From Parvularia atlantis (taxonomy: Eukaryota): a DNA stretch of 20,000 nucleotides. Shown here in pieces: positions 10,778 through 20,000 of this stretch (positions are counted from its first letter, which is position 1; the number at the start of each line of letters is the position of its first letter). Below the pieces are notes generated by a model. It ran no database searches. It was given only the letters and a program-made list of their open reading frames with translations, and was not told where the DNA came from. Location of the stretch: assembly GCA_943704415.1 (NCBI GenBank), contig CALSCO010001524.1:45591-65590 (forward strand). Direction: 5' to 3'. A program made the position numbers and the translations under genes.

Positions 10778-10832
10778 GCAGAAGCGGCGCTCTGACGTGG
10801 ACGCGTCTGTTTAACGTTTGACTTTTTCGAGG

Positions 10833-11151
10833 ATGCCGGCGGTGCGGTGCGGCGCGAGCGGGTGTGGCGGCGGGCGCTGAACCACGTGCCCCAAAGGTCC
10901 GCGTGCTGCTCTTCGCCGCGGCGCGCGAGCGCGTCGGCGCGGACCACGTCGTGCTGCGCCTGCCGGACACGCCCGTGATGCCCGCGCAGCTGCTCGCGTG
11001 CATCGTCGACGAGCACCTGCCGCAGCTCGCGCCGCTGCGCGACGGCCTTTTGCTCGCGCGCAACATGGAGTACTGCCGCGACGACGACCCGCCCCTGCGC
11101 CTCGCCGAGGGCGACGAGCTCGCCGTCATACCGCCCGTCAGCGGCGGGTGA
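10833..11151 (+). CDS. MOCS2A: Molybdopterin synthase sulfur carrier subunit (MoaD/ThiS ubiquitin-like fold)
   Basis: 9-nt first exon ATGCCGGCG, intron 10842-10896, then VRVLLFAAARERVG...LLARNMEY...LAEGDELAVIPPVSGG and stop. The C-terminal Gly-Gly is diagnostic. Confidence 0.92.
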
Positions 11152-11428
11152 GCGTGCGTGCGCGTGGCCTGAGCAGCAGGACCATGCCCTTTGCTTGCCT
11201 GCAGCTCTGCTGCTGCCGCAGCATTCAGGTGATCACGCTCTGAGCTTGCGTCTCCCACGCGGCGTGATGCACTTGGCCTGCCTGGATGCTGCCGCAGCTG
11301 CTCGGGCGGCCTTGCGCAGGACCTGCGCGAGGCGGTCGCGAGCAATGCGCATCGCAAAGCGCAGGTTAGGTTGCGAACTCTCTTTTTGTTTCTTTGTCAT
11401 GAGCCGTGCCGCAAACTGAGCCGAAATC

Positions 11429-11447
11429 AACACACACACACACACAC
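11429..11447. repeat. (AC)n microsatellite just beyond the stop codon of the ceramidase-like gene
   Basis: aacacacacacacacacac. Confidence 0.8.
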
Positions 11448-11464
11448 AGATGCACAGAGATAGG

Positions 11465-13932
11465 TCAGAAGAGCGTATAGCGGCCGCGCACGGGCACGCC
11501 GAGCATGCGGCCGAGCGCGCGGAAGTAGTCGTCGACGCTGTTCCAGCCGCCGCTGCGCACATCGACCATCAGCGCGACCCGCACCCCACTCCCTGCTCGC
11601 ACCTGTTGGTCTCCTCGTAGTGCTCGCCGTCCTCGGCCGCCTGCTGCGTCTGGCCATACACGCACGCGTTGATCGCGCGCCGCGCCGTCTCGCGTCCGTA
11701 CAGCTCGCGGTACTGGTGGCAGCGTTAGCACACCCACCCCTCGGTGCACACACGCGCACCCGCTGCTCGGCCGCGGGGATGTCCTTCACAATGGCCTCGC
11801 ACGCCTCGCCCGACATCGAGTCAAAGTACGTCAGCGCGCCCTTGTTGTAGTCGTCCAGGCACTCCTCGTCCGTGCCGAGGCAGGCCAGGCGCCAGTCGGC
11901 GATCTGTACACCGTGAGCCACTTGCACGCCCCGCACCCGCGGCAGCGCAATAAGAGCGTGCGCACCGGCAGCACGTAGCCGATCTCGTCGCCCGTCAGGC
12001 CGAACGTAAAGCACGCGTTCTCCGTCGCGGTGCAGTTGAGCGTCTCGACGACCGTGCCCGGGAAGGTGTACTCGCGCCCAACCGGGTGCAGCTCGGGCCG
12101 CGTAAAGTACTTGACGCCCTCGGCCGTGTCAAAATCCGCCGGCACGCCGTTGGCCAACTCGGCCGAGAACTCGCCCGGCATCGACACAAACTGCACGGGG
12201 CCGAGCTTGGCATAGCGCACACGCAGGCGCGAGAACGTGCCTGATGTGCGCGTGGGGGGTGCGAGTCAACACCTTGACACCAACAGCGCGCGCCGCACGC
12301 ACCCAGGCGTACGGGCAGCGGCTCGAACGTGTACTGGAAGCCGTCATCGACGCAGGTCGCGTCCGACGGCGGCTCGCTGCAGACCCACATCGGGCGGAGG
12401 GCGTAGCCGAGCACGAGCGGGATGCTGGGGTCGCCGCCCGTGGCCGACGCGGGGCACAGGCCGATGCGGAAGAGGATGTTGGTCAGGCGCGTGTACTCGT
12501 ACGTCTCGCGCCACAGGACCGAGCCGGAAGGGATCGTGTAGGGCGTGCCCAGCTTGGACACCTGGAGCGCAAGCTGCTGGCCGATCAGGAACGCCTTGCG
12601 GAAGTTGAGCGGGACGCGCGTCGCGCCAGGTGGCACGGTCACGCCATCGCCGAGCGGGTGCTCGTCCGTAACCTCCCACACCTGCGTTGCGCGCGCGCGC
12701 GTCAAGACGCCAGGCGCGAACGCGAGCGCGGACGGCCTGCGCACCGTGCCGTACGGGCCGATCTGGCTGCCAATGGCGCCGTTAAAGTACAGCACCTCGC
12801 CGCCGTCGAGCTCTGCGCACCGCCAGCGGCTTCAGCAGCCTGCGAGCGTCGCTCATGCGCGCATGCACCCTGCAGGACGCGGCGCAACGCGCCCGGGTAG
12901 TCGGCCGTGAAGAACTGGCCGCGCGCGCGGCACTCGCTCGGGTTGTTGGGGTCGCGGCCGAGCGCCTCGCAGTCGGCGGGCGAGATCGTGGGCGAGAAGT
13001 CGAGCGTGACCTCGGGGTGCAAGCCCCACTGCACCACGGTGAAGATCGGCGCCGCGCCGGGGACGCCCGCGGGCACAGCGCGCAGGACGCGGACGTTGGG
13101 ATCAGTCACGACCGGGTCGCGCAGGTCGTACAGGCCAAATTGGTACTTGAACGAGCCGTAGGTGAGCGTGGCCGGGGCAAGCGCGTTGATGGCGTCGAGC
13201 GTCGCGTCCGTCATATGTGTGCGTCCGCCGTGAGCTGACTGACACGCCGAACGCAGCAAGCCGTACACACCTGCGCATGCATGTATTCGATGTACGCGCG
13301 GTTGACCGGGCCGCCCAGGCCGCTCGTGTCCGGACCCTCGTGGTTGTGCTGGCCGTGTGCGAAGAAGCGGAGCCGCGCGGCGACCTCGGGCGCGACGGCG
13401 GCGCGGACGCGGTCGTAATAGACCTTTGCGCACACAAAAGTCAGCCGAGGCCCGCACAAAGGGCGCACAGAGTACGCACTTCCAGGTCCGGCTCGAACAG
13501 CATGTACACCTCCGTGGTCGAGAAGATGAGGATCATGCCGTCGTCGCCCTCGACCGCCGCCGCCACCGTGCGCAGCTCGTCGCGCACCCAGTGGCTGGTC
13601 GTGTCGCCTAGCGCCGCCGCTGCTGCTCAGCCGTGCACACGCAGACGGCAGGGCACGCCGCCCGCACCGTTGCCGACGCTGATGCGGCCCACGTCCCACG
13701 CGACCGCGAACGAGCCAGCCGACGACGCGTCCTCGTCGGGCAGGGGCACAAAGTAGTCTGTCGTGCGCGCTCAGCAACGGGGCGACAAACAACGCGCGGC
13801 GCGTGACGCACCCGTCGTGCCGTTCACCGTCGGCAGGATCGTGCGCGAGCCCGCGCCCGCGCGCCACGCCGCAGCACGGCCCGCCGCGCCGAGCAGGGCA
13901 ACGAACACGACGACAAGCGTGACAGCGCGCAT
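11465..13932 (-). CDS. Secreted protein of the neutral/alkaline ceramidase-like superfamily
   Basis: ATG at 13932 with signal peptide MRAVTLVVFVALLGAAGRAAA and ten introns. Motifs HNHEGPDTSGL, WGLHPE, ADYPG, YFNGAIGSQ, SMPGEF, GLTGDEIGYVLP and HYEETNS match the H-x-H-x-x-P, HP, DxxG, PGE and GY pattern of this fold. Substrate unknown. Confidence 0.72.
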
Positions 13933-14431
13933 CACGTGTTGTGCGGGATGAAACTTGCCTGAGACCTACCGGCTACTTTGTAGACGTGCTCTGAGCACCG
14001 TGAACTCGGCTTTCTGAGTTAGCACTCTCAGGCTGCGCGCGGGCCCGCAGAGGGCGGACGGCGTGGGGGGCCGTGTACCAGCGCCGTGTTCAGTGCGCCT
14101 TCCCGTCTTGAGCTAAGTGCGCATCCAGGCACATCGAGCCTGAAGCCAGGATTCTGCCTTGAACAATTACGTCTGATTGCTTCGTGGACACGGCGAGCGC
14201 TCAAAGGCGGCCCGGGGGCGAGCCAGAGCGCGCGCTCACTGCTGCACGCGTGCATTGCACTAACATCGGTGACACATTCCCCCGTTTGCGATGGCCCCCA
14301 AGCGCGCCGCAGCCCCGAAGCCCGCTGCGCCTGCGACGGCCACCTCCGCTGCCGCCGGTACCGTGCCGCGCCGCGCGCACGCGTCTGGGCGCACACAGCG
14401 CACGAAGAACGATGACGACGACGATGAGGAG

Positions 14432-14732
14432 AACAGACGCGTCCACGTGGCCAACATGGCTGCTGATCGCGCCGTCCACGTGGCCCATCGGATGACGTCA
14501 GGCTATCCGGGTCACAGCGGATTTACCCGGGCGCGTGCCGTCGCTTGCGCGACGAGGGCCGGCCGACGCCGCCGTGCTGACGTGATGCAGACAGGGCCGT
14601 GGTGCGGTGCGGCGCGGACGGGTGGCGGGCGCGGGACCGCCAAACAACGGACCACCGCGCGGGCGGGGGGCTGGAGCAGGGTCGACGACGTCACCGGCCG
14701 AGGCGCGGCCCCCTATCGCTTGCGCAGATTGG
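14432..14732. promoter_or_regulatory. Cluster of ACGT-core sites (E/G-box, CRE) and an inverted CCAAT in the divergent intergenic region upstream of the MAPK phosphatase
   Basis: CCACGTGG at 14443-14450 and 14476-14483, TGACGTCA at 14493-14500, TGACGTGA at 14578-14585, CGACGTCA at 14686-14693, ATTGG at 14728-14732. Confidence 0.5.
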
Positions 14733-14828
14733 TTATCGCTCGTGAGCGCGGCCCGTCGCGCACCGCCGCGCTCGTGTGCCCGCGTGCGGCGTCTGCGTGA
14801 GTGCGCACGCGCTGTGTGCCTGGCGCTG

Positions 14829-14875
14829 CTCTCTCTCTCTCTCTCTCTCTGCCGTTGTTTTTTTCCTTCTTTCTC
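14829..14875 (+). repeat. (CT)n microsatellite and pyrimidine tract, probably in the 5' UTR or core promoter of the phosphatase
   Basis: ctctctctctctctctctctct followed by a T/C-rich run. Confidence 0.75.
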
Positions 14876-15055
14876 CTGCTGCGTCATTTTTGCCCAGTCT
14901 GCTCCAGCGCGTGTGACCGCGGCTCCCCCGCGTGCCGCCCCCGCCGCGTTCACCCCGTCGCCGTGCCCGCCGCCGTGTGCCTCGTACGGGGCCGTTCACC
15001 GCCGCCGCGCCCGTGCCCTCGCGCAGAACGCACGTCATCACCCGTTCCCCCGACC

Positions 15056-16738
15056 ATGGGCCTCGGCGATTGCAAGGTCGCGTTCAGCCTCGGCGGCGCG
15101 TGCAAGAACGACAAGGCCGCGGCGCCGCCCGACGACGCCCGCACGGCCGCAGCCCTCGCGCCCGGGCGGCTCGCGCCGGCCCAGTTTGCCGAGCGGCTCG
15201 TGGGCACCGACCCGGCCGCCGTGCTGCTGCTCGACCTGCGCTCGTTCCTCAGCTACAACCAGGCTCACATCCGCGACTCCGTCAACGTGACCGTGCACGC
15301 GCCCATGCTCAAGAAGAAGGGCTTCTCGCTCGCCGTGATCGAGAGCAGCATCTGCAAGGCCGCCGACAAGGAGCGCTTCCGCGCCCGCAAGGGCGTCACC
15401 GTGCTCATGTACGAGGGCTCGGAGGAGCTCTCCCTGCGCAGCCCCATCCTGCTCAACCTTTACACCTGCCTCGCGGGCGAGGGCGCAGTCGCGTCGGTCG
15501 CGTGGCTCGGCGGTGCGTGGTCGCGCGAGAATGATTTTTTCCCCCTGTTCGCGCGTGTTGACGGCGCGCGCGCGCGCGCGAGCAGGCGGCTATGAGCTGT
15601 TTGAGAAGGAGTTTGCGCACCTCTGCCGCATCTGCAACCCCGTCGTCTCCAAGCTTTTCAGCAAGCTTACCGCCGACCCGGCCACCATGGCCGTCCGCTC
15701 GCTCCACTCGCACAACAATTCGGGCCCCGACGAGCCCGTGCAGATCCTCAACTACCTCTTCCTCGCGGGCGAAAAGGTCGCCAACAACCGCACGATGCTC
15801 AACAAGTACGCGATCAAGCACATCGTCAACTCGGCCGTCGAGTGCGAGTGTCCCTTCCCCGGCGAGTTCTCGTACATGCGCCTCGACCTGCACGACTCAT
15901 GCAGCCAGGTCTCGCTCATCGACATCTTTGACCACGCGTTCCAGTTTATCAGTGCGTGTACACGCGGCCCCTCCTGGCTCTTACCGCGCTGACCCGCGCC
16001 GCCGCCGCAGACAACGCCCGCGACCTCAACCAGAACGTCCTCGTGCACTGCCGCGCAGGACAGTCGCGCTCGGCCACGATCGTTGTCGCGTACCTAATGA
16101 AGACGCTCAACTGGGACCTCACCCGCGCCTACTCCTACGTCCAGCGGCGCCGCCCGGCCATCTCGCCCAACCTCGGCTTCATGGGCCAGCTCACCCAGTA
16201 CGACATTCAGCTGCAGCAGGCCCGCCTCGCGCGTCAACCCGCCAACGTCCGGCCCACCCTGCACGTCCTCGGCGGGCGCCTCGCCGCCGGCCGGCCAGCC
16301 GCCGCCGCCTCCCCTGCCTCGAGCACCACCGCCTCGCCGAGCTTGCCCTGGTCGCTCAGCAAGGCCGCCACGGCCCCGGGCATCCTCAACATGACCACGA
16401 CCCTGCTCAACCGCCCGCCCGTCATCCTCGCCCACAACCGGGCGCAGTTCAAGAAGACGTCGCCGGCGCAGCCGGCCTCAAACCAGCCTTCCTACTTTGC
16501 GATGACCGTCGAGGACGTGCCGGACGCGGTCGTGTCGGCCTCGCGCACGGCCAGCAGCAACGAGGACAGCGCCGCAGTCCTGCGCGACATCATAACGACG
16601 CTGCTCACCCCGCCCCCGGTCAAGGACAACGGCGGAGGCGAGTACTTCCACGCCCACCCGGCCACGTCGCCGCACCGCTCGCGCACCTCGAGCAACAGCG
16701 GCGCCAACGAGCTGCTCACGCCGACGCTGGTCAACTGA
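15056..16738 (+). CDS. Dual-specificity MAP kinase phosphatase (rhodanese/CH2 plus DSPc domain)
   Basis: ATG at 15056, introns 15513-15585 and 15952-16010. Rhodanese part LLLDLRSFLSYNQAHIRDSVNV...WLGGGYELF. Catalytic part PVQILNYLFLAG, VLVHCRAGQSRSATIVVAYLM and RRPAISPNLGFMGQL. Confidence 0.95.
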
Positions 16739-17313
16739 GGCCTACGGCGGCCGCGGCGCGCCCCTTCTGCATATACAACCTGCACATTTGCACACAGAGA
16801 CGCTGTACAACACGCGCCCGTCACAGCCCTCCCCCCTAGCCCCCTTAGCCTGACTTGCTCAAACCCCGTTGTGCCGTGCTGTGTGTGTCTGACAAACAAA
16901 GACACACTGAACACAAGAGGTGAACACAGGCGTAAACACAGGTGTCGACTGGGTCGACAGCTGCCCGCTTGGCAAAGCTACCACTCTGATCTCTTCAGCT
17001 CTTCAGCTCTTACGCCGTCTTTCTGTTGCACCAGCTCAAGCGGCGAGAGGACAAGGAGGTCGAGAAGGCCAGGGCTGACGACGCTGCGGTCGCGTCCATC
17101 TGCAAGGCCATCGGCTTCTGTCACGGCGCCATCGTCGTCAAGTTCAACCGGCACGTGCCAGCGCGAGACGAGTGGTCCTCCCGGAGCACGAGAAGCTGGT
17201 GGCCAGAAACAAGAAGCGCCGCGCTGGCCGCGCCCTCGGGCGCCACACCCGAGTCGTGTGAAATGCGCAATCACGCTGAGGAGAAACAAAAGCAAATGTG
17301 CACAGAGTTCCAG

Positions 17314-19580
17314 TCACATCGGCAGGCAGCTCTCGATCAGCCCCGAGCCCGTCCCGGCGCTGCTCAGGGGCCCCTGCCCTTGCTGTTGCTGCTGCTGCTG
17401 CCCCCCGGGCGACGGCGACTGCTGTAGTTCCGGCGACGACGGCTGCTGCGGCCCAAGTGATGATGGCTGCGCTGCGACGGCGGCCGGCACGGGCACGGGG
17501 AGCGGCGGCGATGGGCTCGGCGCGCGGCGCGAGCCCCGGCCCTCGTCCGTCTCGCGCCCCGCGCTCGGCGGCCCCGCGCTCGGTGGCCCCGCGCTCGGCG
17601 GCCCCGCGCTCGGCGGTGGGCGCACTATCCTCGATACAATGTCGCTGTGCGTGCTCAGCGTGTCAGCACCGCCACGGCCGGGCAGCTGGCGGCGGCGGCG
17701 GGCGCACCCGCTCTCGTCCACCTGCACCGGCGGCGCGATCGGCGCGGGGCGCAGCGGGATGATTGCGATGGCGGGTGCGATGGCGGGTGCGATGGCGGGT
17801 GCGGCGGTTGCTGGCACAGCCGGGGCAGCGGCGACAGCAGCGACGGTTGTCGGCTCGCCCACGATGGACGAGTCAGACGAAGAGACGACCATGAGCGAAT
17901 TAATCGAGGTGTTGCTGAGCGTGCGTTCGTCGTCGCCCGATGTTGTCCGTTGCGAGTCCTGCGAGAAGATCCGTGCGAGCGACTCGGGCGGCGGCTTGGC
18001 GACGACGTAGTCGGTAGCGGCGGCGGGCGTGAGCGGGCCCAGCGGCGTCTTGCCGTCGCGCGCGTTGTGCCGCATCATCCCGTCCTGCACCCAGCTGGCC
18101 ACGTCGACGTACAGCGCCGTGTACTTTTGCAGGAAGGCGTGCCTGAGCAGCTCTGCGTACGTCGGCCGCTTGTTGAAGTCCTTCAGCATGCTGCGTTCCG
18201 CGTCAGCTGTTAGTTGCGACTCGCAAGGGCGCGCGCGCGGGCACGCACCACTGCTGGCAGAAATCGATCGCATCGCGCGAGAACCGGTCCGCAGGCAGCG
18301 TCGGCGTCTCGCCGTTGACGATCGCGTTGAGCTGCGAGAAGACGCTGTCAAACTCGCCGTAGGGGAACCCTGTGCGTTGCGGGGCGCAGGCGTGAGCGGG
18401 AGAGCCGCGAGAAGGCGCAGGCCAGCAGCAGTTCAGCACGCACGGCCGAGGGCGATCTCGAGCAGCGACACGCCCAGGCTCCACACGTCCGAGTAGATGC
18501 CGTACTCGCCCGTCGTCGTCGTCACGTTGATGCGCTCGGGCTGCGCGACCGGACGCGGGTGAGACGCCGCGCGCGCGCGCGCGCGCAGGCTGGCTCGGTT
18601 GCGCACCGCCATGTAATGCTGGCACCCGACGTAGGTCTTGGCGAGCGACTGCACGAGCTGGCCGCTCACGCCAAAGTCGCACAGCTTGATCTCGCCCCTC
18701 GTGTTCACGAGCATGTTGGTCGGCTTGATGTCTGTGCGTGGCGGGCACATCAGCGCGCCGGTGTCCCTCCGCGCGCGCACTCGCCGACGCACCGCGGTGG
18801 ATCTTGTTTAGCTCGTCCTTCATGTACTGCAGCCCCGAGACGACCTGCGCCGCCGCGGACGGCGTGAGCGGCGGCCATATAAGCACGCGGCGTCCCGGTC
18901 ACGCACCGCAAAGGCGATCTTGGCGATGATCGGCTCGGGCGCCCCGCCGTCGTACAGGCGGTCGATAGACCCGCCGTCCATGTACTCCATCCCGTAGAAG
19001 ACCTTCGTGTCCTTGTAGAACGACCCGTAGAACTTGACGATGTAGGGCGAGTGGCTCTTCATGAGGATGTCGAGCTCCATCGCGATCTGCTGCGCCGTCG
19101 TCTCCTCTGACGTGAGCTGGATCTCCTGCGGACGAACGGCCTGGTCAGCGCGCGCGGCCACGCGGGCCCGCCGGGCGGCACCTTGAGCGCGATGTACTTG
19201 CCCATGGTCGTGTGGAACGCCTTGTGCACAACGCCGTACTGCCCCTTGCCGAGCTCGCCGTCGAGCCTGAGGTCGTCCATCGCGAACTTGAACCTACGGC
19301 GCGTGCGTGCGGTGTGAGCGGCCGGCTTCTGTGCGGCGTGGGGGGGGCGACCCACTGCTGCCCGCTCGAGATCGTCCCGTCCTTACTGAGGACGACGTTG
19401 CGCGGCAGCGTGAGGTTGCCCTGCGGGTCGCTGCGGGGTGGCGCACGTGAGCCGCTGCTCGCATCGCATCAGGCGGACGACGACGTACAGACGGCTCGTG
19501 CCGCTGCTGGGGCCGTCGCCGCTCGGCGCCGCGAACTTGATCGGCCCGATCTTCGGGGCACCGGCCCGCCTCGGCGGCAA
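17314..19580 (-). CDS. MAP kinase kinase (STE7 family, Pbs2/Wis1-like); start codon disrupted at the junction with bacterial DNA
   Basis: About nine introns. Spliced kinase: [119 protein letters not shown]. Long S/P/A-rich C-terminal tail. Confidence 0.93.
17567..17617 (-). repeat. 15-nt coding tandem repeat (PSAGP units) in the MAP2K tail; a 12-nt repeat (PAIA x3) lies at about 17765-17800
   Basis: On the + strand, ccccgcgctcggcgg about 3.5 copies and gcgatggcgggt three copies. Confidence 0.8.
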
Positions 19581-20000
19581 CGTTGGCTTGATGGGCGTGG
19601 TGGCCGATGCGGTGCTGGCGGCCGGCGGCGAAGTAATCGGCGTGATCCCCGAGCAACTGGTCAACTGGGAAGTCGCGCACAAGGGCGTGACGCGGCTGGA
19701 AGTGGTCGCCAACATGCACGAGCGCAAGAAGCGCATGTTCGACCTGTCCGACGGCTTCGTCGCCCTGCCCGGCGGCTTCGGCACGCTGGACGAGATGTTC
19801 GAGATGCTCACCTGGCGCCAACTCGGCATCGGCGACAAGCCCTGCGCCTTCCTGGATGTCGAGGACTTCTATTCGCCGCTGATGGGCATGATCGACCGCA
19901 TGGTCGAGGAACGCTTCCTGCACCCCGACCAGCGCCAGGACCTGTGGCATGGCGACGATCTCGAAGCCCTGTTCGCCTGGATGAAGGACTATCGCCCGGC
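19573..20000 (+). CDS. Bacterial LOG-family protein (TIGR00730, nucleoside monophosphate phosphoribohydrolase), 5'-truncated, runs off the right edge
   Basis: Intronless frame [125 protein letters not shown]. Has the GGxxGLMG, MHERK and PGGxGTxxE signatures. The N-terminal CGS...LVY segment is missing. Confidence 0.93.

Noticed and set aside
11152..11420. Possible bicistronic MOCS2B (MoaE) after MOCS2A, as in human MOCS2
   Set aside because: No MoaE-like motifs in any frame, and only about 310 nt remain before the next convergent gene.
14291..14800. ORF starting MAPKRAAAPKPAA
   Set aside because: The start looks plausible, but there is no recognisable domain or intron pattern and it runs through the CRE/E-box cluster. 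Not called, although a small gene cannot be excluded.
17560..17805. Short tandem repeats considered as a CRISPR-like array
   Set aside because: Contiguous 12- and 15-nt in-frame coding repeats with no spacers and no cas genes.
19294..19950. ORF-track minus-strand ORFs spanning the junction (19294-19950, 19383-19838)
   Set aside because: Their 5' parts are the antisense of the LOG gene, which carries the conserved motifs on the + strand.
1..20000. tRNA, rRNA, transposase or integrase
   Set aside because: None recognised by eye. No terminal repeats are visible at the 19572-19580 junction. A covariance-model search was not possible.

Overview
Positions 1 to about 19579 come from a very compact, GC-rich, intron-rich eukaryotic genome, probably a unicellular opisthokont (inferred from a ZMIZ-type SP-RING protein and a Pbs2/Wis1-like MAP2K). 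Introns are mostly about 48-73 nt with GTRCGY donors, CTGAC/CTCAC branch sites and YAG acceptors, so most ORF-track entries are unspliced fragments or shadow frames. Splicing by hand gives nine genes: Xaa-Pro aminopeptidase (-), ZMIZ-like SP-RING protein (+), AIFM2/FSP1-like oxidoreductase (-), O-fucosyltransferase-like protein (-), CCDC86/Cgr1 (+), MOCS2A (+), secreted ceramidase-like protein (-), MAP kinase phosphatase (+) and MAP2K (-). At about 19572-19580 the sequence switches abruptly into the middle of an intronless bacterial LOG-family gene (+) that the ORF track does not list. The switch falls where the MAP2K start codon is expected, through a short microhomology, so it is either an assembly/amplification chimera or a recent bacterial insertion. 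Other oddities: about 10% GC-AG introns, a likely GT-AT intron, a glycosyltransferase with no in-frame ATG, and a MAP2K ending in a CaaX-like motif. All family calls come from recalled motifs, not database searches.
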